Shown here: one piece after another, positions 1 to 10,205 of the stretch
Position numbering within the stretch: the first letter of the stretch is position 1
Layout of the letters: every line of letters starts with the position of its first letter
DNA from: Bacteroidia bacterium
GTDB lineage: Bacteria > Bacteroidota > Bacteroidia > UBA8524
Direction of reading: 5' to 3'
Length of the DNA: 64,000 nt
NCBI GenBank assembly: GCA_037968475.1
Contig: JBBKVO010000017.1
Coordinates: 78,598-142,597 of the forward strand
Program-made: the position numbers and the translations under genes
The notes under the pieces: model-generated
The model's input: the letters and a program-made list of their open reading frames with translations, nothing else
Told to the model about the DNA's origin: nothing
Databases searched by the model: none

Positions 1-3000
1 GAAGTTGGCTGATAAGTTGAATCTGTTGCAGATTGGATAGTACTCCATGTTATTGAATCACTGGAGCTTTCCCATTGATAATTAAAAGATGAAGTGCCGC
101 CAATAGGAATTGTCCCCGTTAATTTTGAAGGAGTAAAACCCTGACAATTTGCTTGAGGAGCTGTGATTGAATTATTAGTAACCCCTGGTGTAACTACAAC
201 CTTAACGATATTAGACGTATCTGAACAATCTCCTGAAGCAATAATTCTTCTGTACCAAGTCGTAATTGAAAGTGAGGGAGGCAGATAATCCGAAGATGTA
301 GCCCCTGATACATTACTCCATGAGATAGAATCGGTTGAAGATTGCCATTGATAGTTATAAGTGTTATTTCCACCAATAACAGTGCTATCTGATATTAATT
401 TTTGCGGTTGTGCCCCTGCACAAATACTTTGGGGCGTTTTAATTTTATTACCCCCAATATTTGGGTTAACGATGACCTGTTTGGTTAATGAGTCTTTGCA
501 GCCTCGATTTGACGTTGTCATCAACTTTACTTGATATGTATTACCAGCCGAATATTGTTTTGTGGGATTGGCTTGGATTGAAGTATCATTAACAATACTT
601 GAAAACATCCATAAGTAGTTTAAAGTTCCTGATGATATAGAAGAACTGTTTGTGAATACAAATGAGTTACCCCTCAAACATTGGAAAGTATCATTAATAG
701 AAAAAGTAGGTGTGGGTTTAGGAAATACATACACATTTTTAAATGTAGTGTCTTTACAGCCGTTGAATGTGGTTACAATTAACCGCACCAAAAAAGTATC
801 AGTAGTTGTGTAGTTTTTTTGAGGATGTTGATTGGTTGATGTGCTGTTATCCCCGAAATTCCAACTCCACTGATTAATGGAATATCCACTAGGAATAGCA
901 GATGTATCTCTAAATAAAAAGTTGTTACCATTAATACACTGCATAGAATCAGTTATGCCAATGCGAGCAATAGGCTCAGGCCATACATATACATTTTTAT
1001 ATGCCGTATCACGGCAGCCTTTATCAGAAATGGCAATAAGTCTTACGGATCGATTACCGTAGTTTGAATACACTTTTGACGGGGAAATAACATTAGAAGT
1101 ATCAGCAGCGCTAGAAGAAAATAACCACTTATAACTTAATGTTCCCGCTGATATTGAGGAAGAATTTGTGAATTCAAACTTATGACCTCTCTCGCATTGG
1201 CCACTGTCGTTTACTGAAAAAACAGCAACAGGTACAGGAAAAACAACTACTGTTTTACTAATAGAATCTTTACACAAAGAATCAGTAGTAACGATCAATT
1301 TAGTGGTATAGCTGCCCGCAGCAGTGTATGCTTTGTTAATGTTTTTGCCTGTATTGGATGTGTTATCACCAAACGTCCAATTATAAGCGGTTATACTACC
1401 TGATGCCACAGAGGATGAATCAGCAGAAAATGCAATCGGGTTACTTTTACAAGTATCTCTAAAAGAAAACTTGGCAACTGGTTTAGGGAGCACATAAATA
1501 GTTTTAGCTAGCGAATCCTTACACCCATCTGTAGTGGTTACAACCAGTTTGGCTGTAAACTGGCCACTGTATGTGAAACTCTTTGCCAATGAGCTAGCCG
1601 ATGATGTAGTTGTATCAGAAAACGTCCAGCGATATTGAGAAATAGTACTACCCGTAACGGTTGAGGTTGAAGCAAAATTTATAGCAAAACCATAACAAGC
1701 ATTTGGGGCAGTGAACGAAGCAGTTACTTTTGGATAGATACCTATTTTGATGAAATTAGAAATACTTGTGCAAGTGCCTGATGTTACATTTCTACGATAA
1801 TAAATAGTGTTACTAAGAGTTCCGGGTTGGTAGCTGCTATCATTAGCTGAAGTTATTACATTCCATGTAATAGAATCGTTAGAACTTTCCCATTGGTAAG
1901 TAAATGTAGAAATTCCACCCGATGGAGTGGTTCCTGTAAGTTTATTGGGAGTAAAATTAGTACAGCCTGATTGTGCTGAAGAAATAGTATTGTTATTTAT
2001 TCCTGTTGTTACAGTTATCTTAATTTTATTTGAAGTGTCTGCGCAATCTCCGGAAGCTATAATTCTTCTGTACCAAGTTGTAACTGATAATGAATTCGGT
2101 TGATAATCCGTAGAGGTAGCCCCAGACACATTATTCCATGAAATAGAATCTGTCGAAGACTGCCACTGATAGCTATATGTGTTATTTCCACCAATAATAG
2201 TACTATCTGATATTAATTTTTGTGGTTGTGCCCCTGCACAAATACTTTGAGGTGTTTTAATTTTATTACCTGCAATATTTGGGTTAACTATAACCTGTTT
2301 GGTTAAAGAATCTTTACAACCTCTATTTGAAGTTACTATCAACTTTATTTGATACGTGTTACCAGCCGAATATTGTTTTGTTGGGTTGGCTTGGCTCGAA
2401 GTGTCGTTCGCAATACTTGAAAACTTCCATAGGTAATTTAAAGTTCCCGATGTAATAGAAGAGCTATTAGTAAGAGTAAATAAATTCCCTCTTAAACACT
2501 GAAAAGTATCATTAATAGAAAAAACTGGGACAGGTGTTGGAAATACATACACATTTTTAAATGCAGTATCCTTACACCCATTGGCAGTTGTAGCAATTAA
2601 ACGCACCAAAAAAGTATCGACAGTGGTATAGGTTTTTTGAGGATGCTGGTTAGTAGATGTACTATTATCACCAAAACTCCAACTCCACTGGTTAATAGAA
2701 TATCCACTAGGTATAGTTGATGTATCTCTAAACAAGAAATGATTTCCATTGATACATTGCATAGAATCAGTTATGCTAATGCGAGCAATAGGTTCAGGGT
2801 AAACATACATGGTTTTTGCTAAGGTGTCTTTACATCCCTTATCCGTAGTTGTAATGAGCCTTACAACATAATTTCCGTATGTATTATATGTTTTTGATGG
2901 GCTTGTTTGGTTGGATGTATCACCAGTTGATGTTGAAAACAACCATTTATATGTGAGCGAACCCGAGGATACCGTTGATGTATTTGTAAAATCAAATTTA

Positions 3001-5933
3001 TTTCCTTTAAAACATTGGTCGCTATCATTTACTGTAAAGATGGGGTTGCCTTTTGGAAATATGTATACGTTTTTAGTAATAGAATCTTTGCACCCATTGT
3101 TTGATGTTGCTATGAGTTTTACTGCATAAGTACCTGCACTGGCATAGCTTTTAGATGGATTTTGTTGATTTGAAGTATCGCTTGTGGTAGAGCTAAATCG
3201 CCATAAATAATTTAAACTACCTGAGCTTATTGTAGAGCTATTTGTAAATGTAAATAAGTTGCTATTTCCACATTGGTCAGTATCGTTTACAGAAAATAAA
3301 GCTACGGGTTTAGCAAATACTATCACCTGTTTAGTAATAGAATCTTTACACCCTTTATCAGAAATGGCCAATAATTTTACTGAATACGTCCCTACTGATG
3401 TATATGTTTTTGTTGGATTTTTTATTGATGATGTGTCGCTTGCTGTACTTGAGAATTTCCACAGATATGTTAATGTGCCAGTGGAAATACTTGAGTTATT
3501 AGTGAAATTGAATACGTTTCCGTTTACACACTGGTCAGTATCATTTACTGAAAATGAAACGGATGGATTATTGTAAACCGTAACATTTTTTGTAGTAGAG
3601 TCTTTGCATCCTAAATTACTTGTAAGTACTAATTTTACAGTATATGAACCAGCACTTGAGTATGAGATATTGTGACTTACGGTTGAAGCTGTTGTGCTGT
3701 TTCCAAAAGTCCATAGCCTAGTACTTATAGAACCCGATGCTATGCTACTACTATCGATAAAGGTAAAACTATTTGTATTTAGACATTGGCTTGAATCATT
3801 TACAGAAATTTTGGGTATTGGTAAAGGATTAATAAATATAGTTTGTATAGCCGTATCGCTACTACACTCATTACTAAAAATTATTTGAACCTTAAATGAA
3901 CCTGAACTATTAAACTTTACTGTTGTTGAAGATGATATTGAATCACCACCAACAAACGTATAGCTACCTCCTGTTACCTTCCATTTGTAACGTAATGTAT
4001 CGCCATTATTAGTTGTATAAACGGGTTTATGCGCAGTGTCTGATGCTGCGGGATTAAACGTTATTGTTTTAGGCTCACAATAGGTTTTAGGGGCGGGTAA
4101 TGTAACCGATGGTTTACCTTTAATATTAATATTTTTAGAAGCAGTATCACTGCCACAATAATTGCTTACTTTTTGTTGAATAGTGAAGGCTCCACCTCCT
4201 GAAAATAATATAGAAGGATTTGCAGTTGTTGAACTTCCTGATGAATAACTAAAACCTGTGTTGGGGTTTATCGTCCACAAATAACTTCTATGTACCCCTT
4301 TTGAGGTATCTACCATATTTAGTGTAACAGGGGCACATATATTTCCGCCTCCGGGATTATTAAATTTAAAACCTGCAACTGGCTTTTTGTGTATGCGGAT
4401 GGTTCTAATAGCGGTGTCGTTTCCACAAAGCCCTTGTGAAGTGTTATTGGTGGTATTACCCGTTACTAATTTAATAGTAAATAAGCCTGTATCAGTAAAT
4501 TTAATTGACAATGTGTTTGAGCCCCAATTAGATGAACTTCCATAATTGGTTTGTGTCCCAGTGTCGCCGCTACTAATTGTCCAGCCAGTATTTGGACTAA
4601 TACGCCAAATTAGTCGCTTAGTATTATCACAAGTGAAAGTATTTTTAATTGAGTTCCCCGCTGTTGATGTATCAGTAAACTTAACTATATCATTTAAACA
4701 GGCAGAATCTTTATCTTTTGTAAACCCTGCTTTTGGTTTTTCGCTAATGAGAATACGGGGTAAAATAGCAGGATTAGGACCACAACCATTTTCAGCAATT
4801 AATGTGGCCTGAAAAGAATTATTATACGATACTGAATTAGAACCGCAAGATGACTTTGTAAATGTTTTTACATAAGTTGATGGGTACGTGGTTGTGTCGT
4901 ACGATATAGGCGGAGTGCCATCAGTAAATAGTAATGTATATTTAGTGCCTGTCGTATTTTTCCGTAATCCCGTAGCTGACGAAGTATCAATGGTGAAAGT
5001 AATAGTATGAGGGGCGCAACCGTCTGTTGTGCCAAGGTTTCCAAGATTTGAAGCAGGATTGCTGCCATTGTATGGGTTATATACTTTAGTTGATTTACAC
5101 CCTACCGAATCCGTGACTGTAAGTGTAAGAGTATAATAACCAAAACCAATATAATTATGCGTAATGGTATCAAAACCATTATTAAAAGTTGCACTTGAGT
5201 TGTTGCCCCAAGTAATTTCATACAACTTGTCGGTAGTTTTTGATGTACTTATATTTTTTACTAGCAATGCAAAAACAGTATCCCTGCTACATTGGGCAAA
5301 ATTATTAAATCCTTGGTCTTCAAGTGTGGCGTCAGGTCTTGTGCGTACAAGTACAGTTTTGGTAGTAGTGCTTTTACATCCATAAGCATCCGTTACTGTT
5401 AGTGTTGTAGTGTACGATACTTTTTTGCGTGTTCCAACGGTGTCAAACTTATGTGAGGGGTTTGTGAGCAAACTGGTATTGGAGGTGCTACTGCTATTTC
5501 CAAAATTCCATGATGAGCTTAGCCCTGTTCCCGTTGAGGCGTTTGTAAAATTAACTGCGGTGAGTGAGCAAGCACTATCGGGTGAAAATGTAAATGAGGC
5601 TGTTGGAAGTGCGAAAACTGAGTATCTTTTGAAGGAGGAATCTACACAAGAAGGCGAACTAAAATAGCGGTACATCCACACAGTATCGTTCGTTACTGTT
5701 GAAGTATATGTTTTGGTTATAGAACTGGCTTTGGTTCGGGTGTTTTTATACACCCAAACAACAGAATCAGCAGCGGGTGATGGTGTTGTAGTATCAGTAA
5801 AAGTTATAACTTGATTAATACATAAGGGTGATGATGTTGTGAACCCATTAGTACCCCTACATTGTGTAAAAGCTTGATTACTAAAAAGTAAAGCAAGTGC
5901 AGTAAAAGACAGTATTTGTTTAAAACTTGGCAA
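1..5933 (-). CDS. Giant secreted PKD-repeat surface adhesin (SprB-like 'GG..Y.YQW' motifs). The N-terminal part is in the window; the C-terminus runs off the left edge.
   Basis: I translated the minus strand from ~5933 downward. It gives a signal-peptide-like N-terminus (LPSFKQILSFTALALLFSNQAFTQC) followed by >1900 aa with no stop. The body holds many ~80-aa repeats of the PKD pattern (FS.NDT.QC..N.F.FTN.S.I..G.L.YLW.F....DTS...NP.K.Y...G.Y.VKL......GCKDS..K.V.V.P.P). The only in-frame start after the upstream TAA (5937-5939) is TTG at 5931-5933. The ORF track omits this gene because it is edge-truncated. Confidence 0.7.
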   Translation of the reverse strand, partial: MPSFKQILSFTALALLFSNQAFTQCRGTNGFTTSSPLCINQVITFTDTTTPSPAADSVVWVYKNTRTKASSITKTYTSTVTNDTVWMYRYFSSPSCVDSSFKRYSVFALPTASFTFSPDSACSLTAVNFTNASTGTGLSSSWNFGNSSSTSNTSLLTNPSHKFDTVGTRKKVSYTTTLTVTDAYGCKSTTTKTVLVRTRPDATLEDQGFNNFAQCSRDTVFALLVKNISTSKTTDKLYEITWGNNSSATFNNGFDTITHNYIGFGYYTLTLTVTDSVGCKSTKVYNPYNGSNPASNLGNLGTTDGCAPHTITFTIDTSSATGLRKNTTGTKYTLLFTDGTPPISYDTTTYPSTYVKTFTKSSCGSNSVSYNNSFQATLIAENGCGPNPAILPRILISEKPKAGFTKDKDSACLNDIVKFTDTSTAGNSIKNTFTCDNTKRLIWRISPNTGWTISSGDTGTQTNYGSSSNWGSNTLSIKFTDTGLFTIKLVTGNTTNNTSQGLCGNDTAIRTIRIHKKPVAGFKFNNPGGGNICAPVTLNMVDTSKGVHRSYLWTINPNTGFSYSSGSSTTANPSILFSGGGAFTIQQKVSNYCGSDTASKNINIKGKPSVTLPAPKTYCEPKTITFNPAASDTAHKPVYTTNNGDTLRYKWKVTGGSYTFVGGDSISSSTTVKFNSSGSFKVQIIFSNECSSDTAIQTIFINPLPIPKISVNDSSQCLNTNSFTFIDSSSIASGSISTRLWTFGNSTTASTVSHNISYSSAGSYTVKLVLTSNLGCKDSTTKNVTVYNNPSVSFSVNDTDQCVNGNVFNFTNNSSISTGTLTYLWKFSSTASDTSSIKNPTKTYTSVGTYSVKLLAISDKGCKDSITKQVIVFAKPVALFSVNDTDQCGNSNLFTFTNSSTISSGSLNYLWRFSSTTSDTSNQQNPSKSYASAGTYAVKLIATSNNGCKDSITKNVYIFPKGNPIFTVNDSDQCFKGNKFDFTNTSTVSSGSLTYKWLFSTSTGDTSNQTSPSKTYNTYGNYVVRLITTTDKGCKDTLAKTMYVYPEPIARISITDSMQCINGNHFLFRDTSTIPSGYSINQWSWSFGDNSTSTNQHPQKTYTTVDTFLVRLIATTANGCKDTAFKNVYVFPTPVPVFSINDTFQCLRGNLFTLTNSSSITSGTLNYLWKFSSIANDTSSQANPTKQYSAGNTYQIKLIVTSNRGCKDSLTKQVIVNPNIAGNKIKTPQSICAGAQPQKLISDSTIIGGNNTYSYQWQSSTDSISWNNVSGATSTDYQPNSLSVTTWYRRIIASGDCADTSNKIKITVTTGINNNTISSAQSGCTNFTPNKLTGTTPSGGISTFTYQWESSNDSITWNVITSANDSSYQPGTLSNTIYYRRNVTSGTCTSISNFIKIGIYPKVTASFTAPNACYGFAINFASTSTVTGSTISQYRWTFSDTTTSSASSLAKSFTYSGQFTAKLVVTTTDGCKDSLAKTIYVLPKPVAKFSFRDTCKSNPIAFSADSSSVASGSITAYNWTFGDNTSNTGKNINKAYTAAGSYTTKLIVTTDSLCKDSISKTVVVFPVPVAVFSVNDSGQCERGHKFEFTNSSSISAGTLSYKWLFSSSAADTSNVISPSKVYSNYGNRSVRLIAISDKGCRDTAYKNVYVWPEPIARIGITDSMQCINGNNFLFRDTSAIPSGYSINQWSWNFGDNSTSTNQHPQKNYTTTDTFLVRLIVTTFNGCKDTTFKNVYVFPKPTPTFSINDTFQCLRGNSFVFTNSSSISSGTLNYLWMFSSIVNDTSIQANPTKQYSAGNTYQVKLMTTSNRGCKDSLTKQVIVNPNIGGNKIKTPQSICAGAQPQKLISDSTVIGGNNTYNYQWQSSTDSISWSNVSGATSSDYLPPSLSITTWYRRIIASGDCSDTSNIVKVVVTPGVTNNSITAPQANCQGFTPSKLTGTIPIGGTSSFNYQWESSSDSITWSTIQSATDSTYQPT

Positions 5934-6150
5934 GTTTTATAAAATTAATAGAGGCAAATGTATTGCAATAAATTTATCAAATTGTAAAATAGATATTTTT
6001 TTAAAGCTTTTTATTTGTTTTTAGAAAGAAAAAAAATAAATATATAAAAAATATGGATAAATGAGTGGGTGTTTTTAGTTAGTGATGTGTACATAGATAT
6101 AACTACCAAGGTTAATTTAATAAAAACAAAAGATAAATTTTTCAAATTCA

Positions 6151-6188
6151 TAAATCTAAACTATCCTCTAAAGAATAGTTTAGATTTA
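6151..6188 (-). terminator. Hairpin with a 14-bp perfect stem (taaatctaaactat...atagtttagattta), downstream of the minus-strand OMP gene.
   Basis: The inverted repeat was read directly. It sits in the AT-rich spacer between the OMP gene end (6233) and the giant adhesin start. Confidence 0.45.
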
Positions 6189-6232
6189 ACATGTAACCAC
6201 AAAATTGTTTTGGTTTATAAAAAATTTTGAAT

Positions 6233-6940
6233 TTAAAAATTATAGCCAATACCCACTGAAGGAATAATATTTCTAACCTTTATATATCCATCAAGTGAGG
6301 ATCGACTGGTATAATTGCCATTCGTATACTGAGTAAACAAAACATTTTCAAATGTTGGTTTAGCAAACATATAATCCAGCGAAGCTAAAAAGCTAAAGTT
6401 ATTACTAAAATTACTTTTAAGCTGAATACCTAATGTACCTGTTAAAGCACTAATGGCAGATGAAGCGGTAATAAACTTAAATGTATTTCCTCCACCTGAT
6501 AAGGTGGTTTGCAGTTCTCCAATACCATAGCTTAAATAGCCGATTTTTAAATGGCCACCAACCACAGTATTGCCCGACGAGTAAAAATTATATCCCCATG
6601 TTGCTGATATACCCAGCCCTGCATACCCCCCTCCATTTGTTGAAGATAAAAAACTGGCCGATTGCTTTTCTATATTTGCATCATACTCATCAGTATTAAA
6701 GCCATTGGTAAAAAGTGATAACTGGCCACCTATATACAATTTGTTAATTGTATGCAAAAAGTCGGCTTGCAAATAAATACCTGTGGTGGCATAACTTGCA
6801 TTGTTTGAATTGTCGGTTTGTGAGTATTGACCGATTGGTATGGCTGAACCCACCTGAAAATTGATGCTGTTTTTTAGCTCTTGGGCTGAGCTATTTAATG
6901 CGAAAAAAAATGCAAGTAAAATTGTTAATAGTGATTTCAT
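6233..6940 (-). CDS. Outer-membrane beta-barrel (porin-like) protein with a signal peptide.
   Basis: N-terminal MKSLLTILLAFFFALNSSAQ. The body has alternating Gly/aromatic-rich beta-strand character and ends in a C-terminal aromatic (..GIGYNF). An 8-bp gap separates it from the upstream gene. Confidence 0.55.
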   Translation of the reverse strand: MKSLLTILLAFFFALNSSAQELKNSINFQVGSAIPIGQYSQTDNSNNASYATTGIYLQADFLHTINKLYIGGQLSLFTNGFNTDEYDANIEKQSASFLSSTNGGGYAGLGISATWGYNFYSSGNTVVGGHLKIGYLSYGIGELQTTLSGGGNTFKFITASSAISALTGTLGIQLKSNFSNNFSFLASLDYMFAKPTFENVLFTQYTNGNYTSRSSLDGYIKVRNIIPSVGIGYNF

Positions 6941-6947
6941 AGGTTTA

Positions 6948-9608
6948 TTAATTTGTTTGTCTTATTTTATTAATTCTAAATATCCAACGTGCTACTCTAT
7001 TAGTTTTTCCATCATTTCTTCTCAAAAGATTATGACCTAAAATCCCCATTCCTTCAATATCAGCTGTAAAAGGGTGTTGAAGTAGTGTGCGGATGTATTG
7101 TTTTATTAGTACCCTGTTTTCTTGATTTTCAAACAACAGTAAAATAAAAAATAGTATCTTATTGTATAATGATATATAAGGCTCAACAAGATGTGTAGGG
7201 CTACGTTTAAATGTATATTCAGGTGCTTTTTGGCTATAATTTGGTTTTATTGTAGAACTGTTAAAATTTAGTGTCTGGTACAATATTGGTTCTGTTCTTT
7301 TTTCTTTTTTGTCAAAATCAATGGCAAAGTAGGCTAAAGCCAAAACGGCTATATCTTTTATTAATGGTTCGCTTGCATTCATCCACCTATACATGGTTTG
7401 TTCAATGCCTGTGAGTGGTCGGCTTGAATACCAAAACGGATATCTTTCACCATCAATAATGGTATATGCAGGCGCGTTCTCTAGCCCTTGTCTTTGATGC
7501 CTATATATAGGCGTAAAGCATTTTATTATTTGTTGCCTATCATCAACTGCTGAATAACTAAATAAAAATTTTACTAATGGTAATGCCGCTTCAGTATCAA
7601 TAGCTATAAGCTTGCTTATAATTGCATAAAATAATGCTGGGTTCACTCTATCTTTACCCAATACATATAGCTCTTTTATAGTTTCGCACAATTGCAAAAA
7701 ATTTTGCTCGTTATTAATAGGTAGCTTTATGTATACGTTTAATACTGTTTGTAGTAATAACCCCGAGCTATTGTTTTCTTGTAAACAAATATTTGCCCAG
7801 TTGTTAAGCCATTCTTCAACCTCATCAGTATAATTTTCGTATGCCTCTAATAATCCATTAACAATAAATTCGCTTCGCTTTTCATTAGTTATAAATTCTG
7901 GCGTAAATAGGGGACGTATTTGGTAAAAATGATTTAATAATAGTTTTGATACTAAAACTTTATAATGCTCCGCAGTCAAATCAATAGGCTTATCAAGTAT
8001 GTATTCCACAAGCTTTATTACTTCTGCCGACAATTGGTTAGGGGCTTCATCTTCTGTAATATATTGTAGGGCACGTATAACTACATTATACAAATACCGT
8101 TTTGCACGTGGGCTTATAACTCCGCTAGTATTACCCTCATCACCATCGTGCAGTATATCCTCAATTTGTTTTCCCGCCTCATCATTTTCAAGCCATCGCC
8201 ATATCAACTTATACAATTGCTCTTCTTTGCCAAGTGATTTCCAGCGCACAATAGCCTTTGCTACAATGCGTTGCAAGCTGTCGTCGTTTGTTGCTGCCAG
8301 CTTAAGTAACTTGCTCTCAACAGCGGGTAGATACTCTAAACCTATGTCGCTAAAAGTTTCAGCAATGGTTTCTCTTAGTACCTGCCTTTTATGGCGAGTG
8401 CTGTGTAGCTCTTGCTTCATGTAGCTTTTATAGCGTGATTGTTGGGCAGCAGTTTCTAATACTGGTATAGCCGCAGCTATATGCCTACGATGGGTTTGCC
8501 AAGCGCAATGCAAAATTTCTGCCCGTTGAAAGGGGAAGCGGCTTTTGATTAATGTTCCTTTACCCGTTTCTCCGTCAAATTTAAAAAAGCCTAAAAGAAA
8601 ATCTAAATCAACATAATCTAAAGCATATAACGATGAATCACGATAATGCCAAAACTCTTCTGTTATCCGCCTCAACACCTCAAAAAACTGGTCTTCGTAT
8701 ACGCCATCTAATAATGCCGCAGCAATAACCATTAATTTTTCTTTTTCAGTATTAATGTTTTTAAACCAACGTGCAACAAGTGTATCTGTTTTATCTGAAA
8801 AACTATTCAGCAACGTATTAAGTGCATCAGCCAAAATGGGCTGTGGCTCTGCGGATAGCAAATCAATAAAGAACCTTACCTGCTCGGGAGTTTGAAATGA
8901 TGTAGCTATTTGAGCTATTGTTTTATTACCCGATAGTGTGGCATTGGTATCAATTTTTTTAGGCTTATTTTCAAAAGTTAAATGATATTTAGTTACACTA
9001 AGCTCGTATGCAAGCACATTAGCAATAGCTTCTTGGCTATAAAGGTTAGTAGAGGGAATTTGAAACCAATATTTTTTTTCTTGATGTGCCTTAAGTTGCC
9101 ATGTTTTTAATTCCAAATCAGTAATTAAAATAATATAATGCTTTCCTCTTGCTGCTTGGCACAACTCATCAGCATCAAACCCAATATTTTTTGGCGCAAA
9201 TTCATTTAAAATAAAAACTGTTGTGTCTTGTTTTTCTTTGATAAAAGAAAATAGTTCTTTCGGTTTTTTGTCTCCGGCAATTTTCTCTAATGTCGATTTA
9301 GATTCAATATCTTGCTCTAACAAATAAGCCAAATGTCGTGCAAATGCATCTTTATCAAACCCGGTTCCACCTGCTAAAATGATAAGGTTATTTTCTGTTA
9401 ACTGCCCAAGTAATAATAGCGTGAATACGGGGCTAATATAATTTTCAGGCGAGTACGAAGCGGTGTTAACAGTAATCCACTCTGTATCATAATAGTTTTC
9501 ATTAATCTGATCCCCACCAATTGCATTTTGGGCATTAATATTAATATTTCCTTCTGCTACAAACCCCACATTATTTATATTGGTCTCACTTATGTTATCC
9601 ATTATCAA
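6948..9608 (-). CDS. Large (886 aa) hypothetical protein. It has an N-terminal Gly/Asn/Ile hexapeptide-like motif, a degenerate P-loop-like segment (LIILAGGTGFDKD ... VFILNEF) and a long alpha-helical repeat region.
   Basis: Long clean ORF that starts 7 bp after the stop of the TIR gene. The Walker-A-like motif has G-x-x-G-F-D-K-D instead of GxxxxGK[ST]. The remainder is helix-rich and matches no family I recognise. Confidence 0.6.
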   Translation of the reverse strand: MIMDNISETNINNVGFVAEGNININAQNAIGGDQINENYYDTEWITVNTASYSPENYISPVFTLLLLGQLTENNLIILAGGTGFDKDAFARHLAYLLEQDIESKSTLEKIAGDKKPKELFSFIKEKQDTTVFILNEFAPKNIGFDADELCQAARGKHYIILITDLELKTWQLKAHQEKKYWFQIPSTNLYSQEAIANVLAYELSVTKYHLTFENKPKKIDTNATLSGNKTIAQIATSFQTPEQVRFFIDLLSAEPQPILADALNTLLNSFSDKTDTLVARWFKNINTEKEKLMVIAAALLDGVYEDQFFEVLRRITEEFWHYRDSSLYALDYVDLDFLLGFFKFDGETGKGTLIKSRFPFQRAEILHCAWQTHRRHIAAAIPVLETAAQQSRYKSYMKQELHSTRHKRQVLRETIAETFSDIGLEYLPAVESKLLKLAATNDDSLQRIVAKAIVRWKSLGKEEQLYKLIWRWLENDEAGKQIEDILHDGDEGNTSGVISPRAKRYLYNVVIRALQYITEDEAPNQLSAEVIKLVEYILDKPIDLTAEHYKVLVSKLLLNHFYQIRPLFTPEFITNEKRSEFIVNGLLEAYENYTDEVEEWLNNWANICLQENNSSGLLLQTVLNVYIKLPINNEQNFLQLCETIKELYVLGKDRVNPALFYAIISKLIAIDTEAALPLVKFLFSYSAVDDRQQIIKCFTPIYRHQRQGLENAPAYTIIDGERYPFWYSSRPLTGIEQTMYRWMNASEPLIKDIAVLALAYFAIDFDKKEKRTEPILYQTLNFNSSTIKPNYSQKAPEYTFKRSPTHLVEPYISLYNKILFFILLLFENQENRVLIKQYIRTLLQHPFTADIEGMGILGHNLLRRNDGKTNRVARWIFRINKIRQTN

Positions 9609-9614
9609 TATTTT

Positions 9615-10184
9615 TTATTTCTTGTTAGTGATAATATCTCTGCCTGCTACGTTTTTGCCGGTAATATTTATGTCGCCACCTATTGATACTGTGCCTGCAT
9701 CAGTTATATTTACTGCTGGTATTTGAGAAGGTTGTGATGTTTTTTTTGTAGATTTTACTATTTTTGGCTTGCAAGCACTAACTATTTGGCGTACAGCTTT
9801 GTCTGTATCATCACTTAGCTTTATAGCAAAATGGTTTTTTTGTAAAGGGAAATTTATTTCTACATCCTCAAAAGGGATATTGAATAATACCGGAATGATA
9901 ATTTTTTTATGCTTTGTTTCTAGGGCTACAGCTGCATTAAACTCTGTGCGTGTCCAAACACTTTTTATATAATTTTGGCTAATAATGGCAATAAAATATC
10001 TGCTTCGTGGTATAGCTTGCTGCAATATCGCCTCTTCCATATCATCCCCCGCATTTAAGTCTGAGCCAGAATACCAAACAGAAAGACCCGCCTCGCGTAA
10101 CTTGGCATTTAGCTCATTGGCTATAGCTGCCTTATCTTTATATGCGTGCGAAAGAAAAATATCGCATTTTTTGTGTTTAGCCAT
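9615..10184 (-). CDS. TIR-domain protein (189 aa) with a C-terminal extension ending in the motif VSIGGDINITGKNVAGRDII.
   Basis: DIFLSHAYKDK...LREAGLSVWYSGSDLNAGDD...AIPRSRYFIAIISQNYIKSVWTRTEF matches the bacterial/plant TIR consensus (D[IV]F[IL]SH, G..V[FW]..., S.W...E[LF]). The glutamate in the S.W..E motif (candidate NADase catalytic Glu) is retained. Confidence 0.8.
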   Translation of the reverse strand: MAKHKKCDIFLSHAYKDKAAIANELNAKLREAGLSVWYSGSDLNAGDDMEEAILQQAIPRSRYFIAIISQNYIKSVWTRTEFNAAVALETKHKKIIIPVLFNIPFEDVEINFPLQKNHFAIKLSDDTDKAVRQIVSACKPKIVKSTKKTSQPSQIPAVNITDAGTVSIGGDINITGKNVAGRDIITNKK

Positions 10185-10205
10185 TTATTAATTTATTTAA
10201 AAAAA

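Noticed and set aside
877-5667. Plus-strand ORFs of 60-105 aa listed in the track inside 877-5667 (e.g. 3259..3576, 4546..4812).
   Set aside because: They are antisense to the continuous >1900-codon PKD-repeat frame on the minus strand. They are spurious.
6481-6699. Plus-strand 72-aa ORF inside the OMP gene, and the 7999..8424 plus-strand ORF inside the 886-aa gene.
   Set aside because: They are antisense to much longer, well-supported ORFs and have no recognisable features.
7000-9200. Possibility that the 886-aa protein is an active STAND/AAA NTPase.
   Set aside because: The Walker A lacks the canonical GK[ST] (GFDKD) and the Walker B acidic pair is N-E. I describe it only as a degenerate P-loop-like segment.
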